A DNA stretch of 64,000 nt, taken from positions 18,800 through 82,799 of the forward strand of contig NW_004798054.1 of NCBI RefSeq assembly GCF_000002075.1, written 5' to 3'. The notes under the pieces were generated by a model. That model did not search any database, was not told the origin of the DNA, and worked only from the letters and a program-made list of their open reading frames with translations. Both the position numbers and the translations under genes were made by a program. Positions 42,101-51,888 of the stretch are shown here, in pieces. Within the stretch, counting starts at the first letter, position 1. Each line of letters starts with the position of its first letter. This DNA comes from Aplysia californica. Its lineage: Eukaryota.

Positions 42101-45100
42101 CAAATTGGTCTGCTTTCATTATTAATAATTTCAGTGAGAAATATAATAATTCTTTGATGACCAGTCAGGTTCATAAATCCTTGTTTCTTTAAAGCGAAAG
42201 AGAAGAGGTGATACCAGATCACCACATAGGTGGGATGACATATTATTGATTAACCCCTAAACTCAAAGGTTTAACAATATTGCTGATGTACCCTAGCCTG
42301 AGTCAAGGAAAAATGGTGCATTTTCCAAGGATACACTAGACCAAGTTTCCTCCATAAATGAAATTTATGAATTCTTGCACATGCCCTGTATGTTTTCCAG
42401 GAATCTCCTTCCCGCTCTGCAGCAGAAGAGGAGGAGGAAGAAGAAGAAGGTGAGGAAAAAGATAAAAATACTTTAGTTCCTTTTCTTTCCATAAAGTTAA
42501 GTTTTTGTGTGCCGCCCAAAAATAAACACAGACTGTGACAGACCAGGTCACCTGATAGAAGGTGCTTTTATTGATCCTTCTGTTGGATATTTGTACTGAC
42601 AGGAAATATTCTACCAAAAAAAAAAAGATGATGATTTTGCCCCCTGTTAGACTTGAGCTTTGAATCTGTCTTTTATGTTGTGCAACTGTAGCTGGTTTTG
42701 ACTTTGGTGTAAAGACCTGCAGGTATTTAGAATACCATCTTATCTTTGTTAGTGATATATAATATATATATAGATCTATAACATCCAAAATAATACTCAT
42801 TATCTTAAGATAACTAATATATATAATATATAAAATAATATATAAATAAAGTAAACAGATTTCTAATTTTCATATTTTTGAGTCGGTGCCTCAGAACATG
42901 ATCCATGTTTTTTTTGTTTTTAAAAAATCTAATTGTCAATATTGTTTATCCCGGATGCATGCCCTGTTCTGACTTAAACTACTGAAGCTTGCATTGATGG
43001 ATCGGCTCTTATATCTCGAGGAACCCTTTTTAAAATGTTGTTTATGATGAAAGTGATCTGAAATCTTGAAGACCATACAGGATTCTTGCTAAGACTACTA
43101 AGAGAGGATGTGTAATTAATCAGTGTATATATATTATTATGTTAACTTACTTTCCCAGTCCAGCAGCAACTTAAACTTGTGCCCTTCATCTTGATACCAG
43201 TAATGAGCTCACTTTTTAGTTTATATTTCTTTCTCAAAATAAACAAGTTGACCAGAAATAAAAGCACAACGGACAGTGTCAGTTGTTATAACTTTATTAG
43301 CAGTAAGTAATATATGGACTGGTTTTTCTTCTTACAGTTGAAGAAGAAATCGTGGAGGAGGTGCTGGAAGGTGAGGACACACTGATAGAGGAAGAGCAGG
43401 AGCCTGTGGTGAGCTCAGCACGCGAGTCTGAGGCGTCAGAACCTCCTGTTGTGGAGTCAGACAGTGAAGGGATCATGGTCGTACAGGAGACTCCAGCACG
43501 GGTCAAGCGCAGGCAGGCCAAGAGTGTGAGTTTCTTTTGTTTTTTAAAAAGTAAGAAAAGAGCGTGTTGTTAATTTTTCAAAATCAGATTTGTTTACAAA
43601 ATGTCCTCAATATCCCTTTGCAAGAAGGCACCGAGGGCAGTATTTGTAGCCGACATACTTTTCTGGGTATTCTATATTTTTTCAAATCTACCTAAGTTTA
43701 ATTTAAATGATGTTGTGTCATTTAGATGCACTGCTTATTTTGTCCTCCCAAGTTAATATTAATAGTAATGCAATTTTATAGTTGATTTGTATTTGGTAAT
43801 TTGAAGCAAATCGGTATGATAATGGCTATATTTTTATATATGTAAAGTGTGCTGACAAAATGAGTTACTTCTCGGATTTCAGCCTTATGGAAATAGATAC
43901 ATCATGCTTATAGGTGAAGCTTTTACAATTTATAAGTATGAAGTAATAAAAGACGTATTATAGTTAAAGAATATGGCATCAATAAAAATTCTACAAATTT
44001 GACCCTCGTGTCAATTTTTCTTAAATATATCCATTTATGATTTTCGAGAAGTAACTCATTTTGTCAGCACGCCTCACATATATAGATTTATAATGTATGT
44101 AAGATGTGATATCAACAGTGGGAAGTGTGAAGAAGCCAGGTAAAGTGAAAAATTGAAATATTATATTATTTTTAATGACTGAATCTTTGTTTAAATAAAA
44201 AATTGAAACATCATATCCTTTTTCCTGTCCAGAACGACACGGTGACCATTGTGATCTCGCAGCTGTCTCTGGAGGAGGACTCCCCGCCCATGCTGGATGA
44301 CAATGTGAGGCAGCTCTACGTGGAGTACTGGTTCTATGACTTGGAGTTTGTGGAGACGCCAGACTCCTTACCCAAGCCTAAGCCTCATCGAAGTATTGCT
44401 TTCAACTTCAGCAAAAGTAGGCCATAATGTTAACTTTATTTTTAAGCTGTAGCTCATAGATTTTGCTTCTGTGTTATAAAAAACAAACGGCGGAACACAG
44501 TCGTATTCTCATTCTGCTAACTGGTAGTTAGGAGTCTTGAATTCAGAGAAAATATTGTCGCATCTGCACCTGTTAACGTACCTGCATTATTTTTGGGAAA
44601 AGTACTTTTTTAGTATTTTTCCAATTCATATTGTATCATTAAAGTAAGATTGTTTTTTTTTCTAGCCAGAAATTTTTAAAACCAAAGAAGAGTTGTTTCA
44701 TGTATCTTACGTTGTGTAAAGAAGAAAGACATCATTTACATCTTACAAACTTTCCTGTATTTGTAGGTCACTTGAAAAGGCAGAGTTTGATGTCTGGTAA
44801 TTGTTGCATATATATCTCCTGAGACAAAGGTGTCAATTATTTGCTGAATTTATTAAAGTACAAAAAAAAATGGGTAAAAATATATAATACAGTCGAACCT
44901 GCCATGACGGTTTTTCTATTAACCGTGTAAAATGGGCACCTGTCCAACACGGCTGCGGCCACCTTATTTTAACACACAACCCCTATCACACCAAACTATA
45001 ACCCCTGTCAGAGATGCCAACCACAGAAAACCAAAATGAATATTGAGATATATGAAAATGTGTATTTTCAGGGGAAAATGTGTATTCTCCACGACCGACC

Positions 45101-48100
45101 GACCGACCAACCATAATAGTAAAATGTTCAGGGTGTCCAGCAATATTTCCTGAAAAAATTTACTAGCTCACCAGCTCGAAAAAGGGAGCACACACGCGTA
45201 CAATAAACATGCATCCAGTCAACAACATTTTAGTGTTCAATGTCGTACTGGGGTCCTGTTTGACTTAATTTCAGTCTGTTATAATATTTTCCTCTCATTA
45301 TTATTATAAAAAAATTAATCATGTTTTGAGCGTTCGGAAGGGCCTAGAACAAGAACTTCGACTATCAAGAACCAGTCAGAGTGTCATGATTCATATTATG
45401 AACTGACAGACTCAAATTATAGCTCAAACTCAGAGAAGAGCAATAACTTGAACTTGAATGGATAAAGTAAACGCGTGCACTGTGAGAGTTGTACGGGAGG
45501 GCAAGATGCAGTGACACTGAAAATCTGCCCGTCTTGAACAGAAAGCTACAACTTATACTGTAGGAATAATTTACTATCACCCACCCAATGACACGCGAAC
45601 ATTTTATTTCAATTACACGGACTTGCAAAGTATGAAGGGTCCCAATTCCGCACACGGCCTGCACTAACGCGCGCTTTGCAGAGAGCTCTAATCAAAATTC
45701 TGAAATTTGCCTCCAAGTGTTTGTCCTCTGGTGTTGCCTTCACACCCCCCCCCCCCCTCGAGTGTACTAAAAAAAATCAATAATCCCCTCCCCTATTCCG
45801 TAGTCCTATACTTCGCAACGCCGTTACTCCCACCAAACACGGTCTTTGCTCACACGATGCCGCATTTATTTATGACGCGAATGTGCGCAGGTTTATTGAC
45901 CGGTCACGATGGCGAGCCCGACAATCTAAAAATCGGACGACGCTTGTATTTTCTTTTCTTTTTTTCCAAGTGACAGCACAGAGACGAGTTCGAGAAATTT
46001 TATTTGCATGGCAACACAGCGTTTACACTGCACAACCTGCATATCAAAATAAGTTGTGTTATCAGTCTACCGCTGGCAAACTTCTCGGTGGTAACGAAAG
46101 CGAAAGTAGATCTTGATTTTCCCGATCAAGCCTCGGTGTCATATACACTTCCGTCTGCCGCCATAGCTGCCTGTTCGCGTGATAGTGAAATGTACCCTCG
46201 GAGGAGGAAAAGCTAAACGAATATAATATCACATTCGCGACCGGCAAAAATGAACTTACCGACCTTATCGGACTTGGTTTACAAATATTCCAGTTCCGCG
46301 ATACTGATACTATTTTGACAAAAGATGGGACTTGAGATAATTAGGTTTACTCGGCCAAACTGGATCTCGTATTTTTCGCATTCCAGGATGTGTATTTTTT
46401 CATGAAAAGTCGTATTCGCGTATTTTCGGCAAAAAATCGTACTAAAATACGTAAAATCGTACTGGTTGGCATCTCTGCCCTGTCTTAGTCTTAGATGGCC
46501 ACCTTAGTAGTTACTCTATTCTGGCCCCACGGTAAATTGCATTTTTTAAATAAAAAAATTGCAAGGTAAACCGCCTAAAAATTGCAACCTTCCCATCCCA
46601 GGCACATTAATACGGGCTTAACATTTTTAGTTTAAAAAACATGACAGTTTTGAGTACCGGTAGCATAAAAGCAGCTCAGCCTTTTAAAAAATCATGACAA
46701 ACATTACAAATTCATCAAATGTTATTAACAACATTTACTAGTAACAACACACGAGTACGTTAACAATAAAGTTATCGACCAAATATAATATGATAACGCG
46801 TGACACAAAATAATAGAATCCTCAGTTTTCGTAATAACTTGTAAATGAAGGCATAAAATTTGACCAAATTTAGTACATACCGGGTACTTGGTTCTTGCAA
46901 AAATCTAGAAGTGTACATTCATGTATGAGGTTTATTCTATAAAAAACAAAAAAATTGACGAGAGATTTTCGAAACATCCTCTAAATACAAAATAAGCTTA
47001 TGATCCAATCAAATCAGATCCTGTTCTATTTTTCTCTTGAAACCTTCGATACACCAGTAATCTGTATTTAGATCTATTTCTGATATTTTCTGTTTTAAAA
47101 CTGGCATGGTATTGTTTTAACACTAAGTTAAATAGTAAAATACAGCAAATTTTTTTTTTCCATTTATAAACAATAGTAACACATGTACTAATGACTAATG
47201 TAGATCTAGATCATTTCTATAGCACCCACTCCCGTGTGAATGCAGCTTAAGGCGTTTTACATAACGGGGTGTTTACGCACACGGTACGTGGACACCTAGT
47301 CTCAGTGTCACGTACACAGTAACCGGGCAGTTAAGAATTCCAAATTCAGTTTTTGTCATCCGGTGTTGCCTTCAACTCCAGCCCTCCCCAGACTGTACAC
47401 ATTTTTTGGGGGTAAATCAATAATTCTCCCATTCCGGAGCCCTATACTTCGTAGCGCATAGACTATGACTATGAATGAACTTTGGTGACCACAACCGGTA
47501 CTCACAATGTGATGCGAGAGCACAGGTTCACTGACCGGTAACGATGGCGAGCCTGAAAAGACGCGTGTATAACTTTCATTTTTTTATGTCAACAAGTGAC
47601 AGCACAGGACAAATATTGGTTAATTTTCATTCTGGTGGGTTACCGTGTACGTAGATACTGAGACTAGGTGCCCGGTTACCGTGTATGTAGACACATGCAT
47701 CTTGTACGAACAATATGCATGAGCGCGCACTCACACGCACACACACTCACGTACACCTCACACACGCACACACCTACTTTCTTATCACATGCGCACGCTT
47801 ACACACATTAGATAAAAGCCTAGCCCAAAGAAGGCCACCTTCTCGGCCTAGCCTATGTCTCAGTTCGTGTTGTACATGATGCATTCCGGCCTGAATTTCC
47901 AGTTATAGCTTTTAGAGTACGCTCAGTAGGCTTGAGCTGGGCCGATACCATGATTTACGTAGGCCTATCGGCTCTGTGCTTGCACCATTTCGTATTAAAA
48001 ATTCTGTTAAAATTATAGCGTGATGTATTTTTGCCTAAAATTGCAAGAAATTGCGGGTTTATTGCGGAACTCGACGAAAAACGTGGCCGACCGCGATTTC

Positions 48101-50439
48101 CTGGAGGGCCAGTCTATTACATTTTGTCATAAATCATGCATTGGCCCCTAGCGTTGTGTGCGAGCCGTCATAATCCAATCGCTTGTCGTTGTTGTTAGAT
48201 AGTCCCTCCAACCGATCATGTTGTGTAGGCCCCTCCTGCTGTTGACCAATAGGTAACACATTTTCAGCTGCAGGTGAAGGAAGTGTGTGATCCCTCATAA
48301 TCCATAAGCCCTGCCCAGAACTCATACACAAATCGTAAGTGAGATGAGTGGTCATTGTTTACCCAGTCTGTAACAAAGTAACAGTGGACGTCAACATGAA
48401 CTTGTGACAGAAGCGTCGCTCGTTCTCTGAGTGGTGGCACAAATGTGTTTGTTTTACCATAGCACTCGGTCCTCCTTGTCTGACACATTTCGTTTTATTG
48501 TCACCCTTGCAATAAAGCAGCAACAAAATTTTTTTAAAGAGAATAAAACCCCGCGAAAACAACAACAACAATGCGGCTACCTTCAGTTGGGACCTCAGAA
48601 TGGAATGGTTTGTTTTCTTCATCTTGATCAGCCCTGCCTAAGAGTAAGACGGCCACCTGTCTTATACGGCCACTTTCCTCCTTGACAATGGGTGGCCGTC
48701 TTACACAGGTTCGACTGTAATTTAGTACAGTAATTTGAATTTCAGTGGGTGAAGATGAAAAGGATTATATGTATGTTGTGTAATGTCTGTTTGTACAATT
48801 TATGTGATTTAACCCAACATTTGCCAATGATTACAGGTATTCCAGTAGATATGGAAAAACATTACGAGCGCCGGAGACATTTGGCAAGCATGCTACTTCC
48901 TAACCATCAGGATCAGGGCAGGTGAGAAAGCTTCAACCACATTAGAAATATTAGGGGAAATAAAGTCTTTGGTAAGATGATTCGATGGAAGTTAAACAGT
49001 GTTCTGTCATGGTGTGGAAGAGGAACCTACTGTTTCAGTCATCAGTCTTTTACAGAGTGTACAAACTCACACAGCGAGGCTATGTTCCTATAGAGTGCAT
49101 GTAGTGGCATCAAATGTAGCGGATCAGGGGTTATCGTGGTGTATATTAGTATGTGTGAAGGTTAACTTGGAACAGTCATGCCTTTATTTGTTTGAATATT
49201 TATAAAGAGAAGCACACAAACTAAATGATGGTCTAGGAAAAAGCAAGTGAGGTAGACAGAAATAACAGAGGTAAAGCCTACAACAAATGGCACCTTCCCA
49301 GCCACCTACATCTTGCTTTAAACAAAATTCTTGTGAACTTGTTAATAAATTTATGCTCTGCCTTGCCTGAACAGACTGAAATTCACTGTGGTCAGTGAGC
49401 CGCCACAGACAGAGAGCCTGGATGAATCTGTCAACTGTGAGGAAGTGGGAGTGGCTTATGTCAACTTTCAGCAAATGCTGCGGCAGGGCAAAGACATCAT
49501 TGATGAGGATATTGACAGTGAGTTGTGCACTTTTGTTTTTTCAACCTTTTCCTCATATCTTTTTAGGATTAGAAAAATCTTCTTCTTCCCTCTTGCTAGA
49601 GATCAAGAATTTGAATCATGTACGATATGTATCTCACAGTGCACTTCATTTTACGTACGTGACTGTTTTATCTTTAGAATGTAAAGTCATCCCTTGCCTG
49701 ACAGGTATCCAAATGCTGTTTTGGAAGGTTGTGTTAATAATATTATATTGACAAGAGTAGCTTCAATTTTTGGGTAGGAATTAACTTTTAATTTTGCCTG
49801 GATGTTGACCTGAAGGGCCTACTATTTCAATTTGTAAATTTTGAACTGCCAATGAATCTTTATGAAACTATTCTATCAGTACCACTCAGGACCTCTGAAA
49901 TGTTTCGTCCTCATATGATATCTGAGAAGACTAGGTGATTGATCCCACCTGCCACTGGGATAAGGGAAAAACATGAGAAGAAACTTGATGCCGGCTGGGA
50001 TTGAATTCTAGACCTCTGGGTAGACAGGTGACCACCAAACCTGCTGAGCTACTGAGCCCCGTGCTAGAAAAATTAATTTTAACATTTTTCTTTGGGTCAC
50101 AATAGTTATTTGCTTGTACTTTAGTTATTTGCTTGTCAGCCTGGGTTGGGGAATGGTGAAGAGCCATCCAGGGTCATAAAAAGGATACAAAGTAAGGCTT
50201 TCTTCGGTTATATCTCCCTACTTGTTCTAGAACTACTGGGATTTTTGCAAAGTGTTTTTTATGCTTTTAACATGTTTTGTACGGTGAAGAAACAGAGTGT
50301 ATTGTTAAATGAATTTCTTTTTTCAGTTGTGGATTGCCATGATGAGAGCATCTTGGTCGGTCAGCTAAAGTTGACTGTGGAATGTGTGGAAGTTCTGAAG
50401 GCTATCAAAAGTGAGATACAGATTGAGGAGACGTACTGA
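9616..50439 (+). CDS. RPGRIP1L: Protein fantom / RPGRIP1-like (MKS5, NPHP8), ciliary transition-zone scaffold; 37 coding exons, ~1373 aa
   Basis: Manual join with all GT-AG junctions and consistent phases, 4122 nt: 9616-9682,10388-10514,11392-11444,12479-12582,13197-13280,13844-13962,15460-15522,16149-16292,17123-17228,17718-17864,18397-18470,19038-19177,21023-21129,21772-21889,22716-22834,23985-24086,24446-24517,25199-25276,25763-25878,26563-26632,27130-27259,28329-28423,29003-29162,29719-29873,30188-30409,30926-31120,32344-32500,33653-33706,35413-35520,37062-37106,41777-41805,42401-42449,43338-43525,44233-44416,48837-48921,49375-49517,50327-50439. Recognised family motifs: [140 protein letters not shown]. 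Confidence 0.96.
9753..10278 (+). mobile_element. tRNA-derived SINE with I/Nimb-like LINE tail
   Basis: A-box-like TGACCTAGAGG, B-box-like GGATTTGAATCC, tail GCGCTCATATGACCTT..GACGTAAAAC plus poly(A). Possible TSD CAGTGATTTT / CATTGATTTT. Confidence 0.72.
11065..11357 (+). mobile_element. (TG)n-rich retroposon with L2-type tail; reverse copy at 47210-47810
   Basis: TGTAAAGCGCCTAAGGCTG..ACACGGGAGTAGGCGCTATAGAAATGATC..(TTA)n, preceded by TATTGTTCGTACA and a TG microsatellite. Confidence 0.65.
11974..12229. mobile_element. Small MITE
   Basis: Imperfect ~28-bp inverted ends AGGGG..ATGCAAAAC..GCTA. Confidence 0.5.
14145..14770 (-). mobile_element. L2 LINE 3' fragment (same family as 62669-64000)
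   Basis: Near-identical to 62669-63298; encodes [15 protein letters not shown]; (TTA)n tail. Confidence 0.92.
16347..16530 (+). mobile_element. Copy of the same retroposon 3' UTR family
   Basis: TGGGTGGTTGGCGGGTGCTCTGG..CACCTCTAATCTTC..GCCGTAAAAC..ACTAAAACTGAAAAAAAA, colinear with 32151-32331. Confidence 0.8.
19410..20617. mobile_element. Non-autonomous hAT element with triplicated left end
   Basis: TIRs CAGGGTTGG / CCAACCCTG, perfect 8-bp TSD AGTGCCTG (19402-19409, 20618-20625), subterminal GATTTAAATC arrays, three 260-280-bp tandem units. Confidence 0.88.
23539..23952. mobile_element. MITE with TGTG..AATCAGGCGCTCGTC ends; relatives at 6235-6379 (-) and 55350-55786
   Basis: Imperfect TIRs and internal similarity among the three loci; this copy ends about 30 nt before the exon 16 acceptor. 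Confidence 0.6.
25199..30409 (+). CDS. RPGRIP1L: RPGRIP1L exons 18-25: two tandem C2 domains
   Basis: [39 protein letters not shown], then [71 protein letters not shown]. Confidence 0.93.
30926..43525 (+). CDS. RPGRIP1L: RPGRIP1L exons 26-33: acidic/Pro-rich disordered linker
   Basis: GC-rich islands with pyrimidine-tract acceptors and GT donors that keep the frame between the second and third C2 domains. The sequence is poorly conserved, so these exons rest on splice signals and phase only. Confidence 0.7.
32151..32331 (+). mobile_element. Truncated retroposon (I/Nimb-like LINE 3' UTR) abutting the RPGRIP1L exon 27 acceptor
   Basis: Homologous to 16347-16530 and 58793-58965 (-). Ends GGCGCTCATATGACCTTATGCAGTTGCGAGCGCCGTAAAACC and is flanked by AAACCTTCCCAG / AAACCTTCTCAG. 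Confidence 0.8.
32598..33350. repeat. Compound minisatellite: three (TG)n-(AG)n-spacer units
   Basis: Anchor GAAAGTTGAACAATCCTTTT at ~32719, ~32899 and ~33041, separated by TG and AG microsatellites. Confidence 0.8.
34104..34338. mobile_element. piggyBac-like MITE
   Basis: Perfect 13-bp TIR CCCTATCCGTACG; flanks TATA / TTAC, read as decayed TTAA. Confidence 0.65.
35819..36033. other. Assembly gap inside RPGRIP1L intron 29
   Basis: N run; it could hide sequence, including a small exon. Confidence 0.95.
38026..39317. mobile_element. Related Tc1/mariner-type MITE containing the I-group LINE fragment
   Basis: CAGTCGAACCTG ... TTACACAGGTTCGACTG|TA. Subterminal repeats are CGGAAAC here instead of CGGCCAC. 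Confidence 0.8.
38689..39172 (+). mobile_element. 5'-truncated I-group (RNase H-bearing clade) LINE 3' end nested in a MITE
   Basis: ORF with [26 protein letters not shown] (CCHC finger) and an (AAC)n tail. Perfect 13-bp TSD GACCACTGCTTGC at 38676-38688 and 39173-39185. Confidence 0.85.
39896..40227 (+). mobile_element. tRNA-derived SINE with L2-type tail
   Basis: Head GGCGTGGGCGGCCTAGTGGTTAGG, central TCCTTGGGAAAGACACTTTA..CACCCAGGTGGAAATGGGTA, tail GCGCTATACAAAT..(TTA)n. Confidence 0.75.
43841..44078. mobile_element. TA-flanked MITE
   Basis: Perfect 26-bp inverted repeat GTGCTGACAAAATGAGTTACTTCTCG at 43849-43874 and 44045-44070; TA on both sides. Confidence 0.78.
44233..50439 (+). CDS. 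RPGRIP1L: RPGRIP1L exons 34-37: C-terminal C2 (RPGR-interacting) domain and stop
   Basis: [81 protein letters not shown]; TGA at 50437-50439. Confidence 0.93.
45009..46477. mobile_element. Nested non-autonomous DNA transposon with 6-bp TSD
   Basis: Perfect 15-bp TIR CAGAGATGCCAACCA; TSD CCCTGT at 45003-45008 and 46478-46483. Confidence 0.85.
46521..48112. mobile_element. Second nested non-autonomous DNA transposon with 6-bp TSD
   Basis: Imperfect 20-bp TIR CTGGCCCCACGGTAAATTGC / CTGGCCCTCCAGGAAATCGC (rc); TSD TCTATT at 46515-46520 and 48113-48118. Confidence 0.78.
49930..50060 (-). mobile_element. Degenerate tRNA-derived SINE head
   Basis: Reverse complement reads GGGGCTCAGTAGCTCAGCAGG..AGAATTCAATCCCAGCCGG (A and B box remnants). 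Confidence 0.5.
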
Positions 50440-51882
50440 TCAGCAGCACTGACAGAAAAATTCTGGCTTGTCACATAGCTCTTATTTCCTTTCCTTTACT
50501 TTGTTATCAAATTTGCACTTTATGTTTAGAAAATTTTAGTGAAAAAAATATTGTAACTCTTTGTCAAAGCGAATTGATAGATCCACATATATATGGATAG
50601 TTTCAATTCATAAGAGAATCAACAGAAGTGGAATTGTTTTTTTACTCCTTTTAGTATGGACTCACAAACTAGAAAATAAATGTGATGACTCGAAATGTCA
50701 ATGGTACACTCCCCTCAACCCCAAATCAACTGCAATGAAAATCATGTTCAGTTTCCTATCTTATTTTCTATAGATAGTGGTCAGGGTACACAAAAGAACA
50801 GACCTCGTCATTTCAATTTCAGCAAATTATTTTTATTCTAATTTCTTATCAGTCTATTGTAAAATGCTCAGTGATGGGTTTACAATGTTTGGACCCACTC
50901 AGCCTTCAGAACCCCAGATCTTAAGTCTTTAAAAGAAATATTTTATTTTGGAATACTGGAAGGCCGTAATATAACAAAGTGATATACACTGCAGTGTAAA
51001 GCGGAGTTTTCCAATGGTAACGAGCAATTCATATAAAAAACATTTAGTAAGCTTGTCTTTGTTCGCTTCCACAAGAAAGTGAATTGTGCCGTAGCTTTTT
51101 AAAGTGGATTGGTCTGTCCACTGGGGCTTTGAAGCAGCACAATTACAATCAATTAAAAAGCCTGTGGAGAATTAATGATTTGCTTGTGGGGTGCTTTGTG
51201 ATGTATTTCTGGCTAAAAATGGAAGCCTCTAATTTCTAAGACACAGTTGTGCCCCTCTTTAGAATCTGTTTCAGACTTGCCTTCTATCACATAGGCATAT
51301 ATCACCAGTGTCAGTTGATGCTGGTTTACGTGAGAGAGAATGCTAGTCGCAGATCAGTAGGCCTACATCACGTTTGATATTTTCAATTTTGAATATCCAT
51401 TTGCCCTGTCTTTTATTCTGGGTAAGCTGGAGTATTAAATGTAGCATAATTTTTCCCCACTCTATGTTCATGTTATTTATTGATAGAGATATCTAAAAAT
51501 AGCTACATTTAAAAAGCAGTCACAGCTATTACCGTTAAACGAGGTTAAAAGTGACCTATCGAGGCGAAATGTGATGTTCTTATAATTCAGACGTATTTGC
51601 AATGAGATTATATATGTATAATTCATAAAGAACAATTGAATCAGCTTCTAATTTCTAAACTCTTTCACAAGATAAACTACTGGTAGTATACTCTCCATAA
51701 AGGTATAGAGAAACATGCAGACTGGCTCATGCATCATTTCTCGCAGTTCATCACTACTATATCGTGTACATAAATGAATATATTTTGTTACCTACTGCAG
51801 TTTTCATTCGGTTCTAATAAGTAATTTAATTCTCGTACAAATCTGTGATATTCGAATGAAACTGGTTTATATACTTTGACTA

Positions 51883-51888
51883 AATAAA
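51883..51888 (+). terminator. Candidate polyadenylation signal for RPGRIP1L
   Basis: AATAAA about 1.45 kb after the stop, followed by GT/T-rich sequence; alternatives at ~50675 and ~52151. Confidence 0.35.

Larger units (their letters stand above)
44890..48717. mobile_element. Tc1/mariner-type (TA TSD) MITE expanded by nested insertions
   Basis: TA|CAGTCGAACCTG ... CAGGTTCGACTG|TA. After removing the inserts it is colinear with 7722-8389. Confidence 0.85.
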
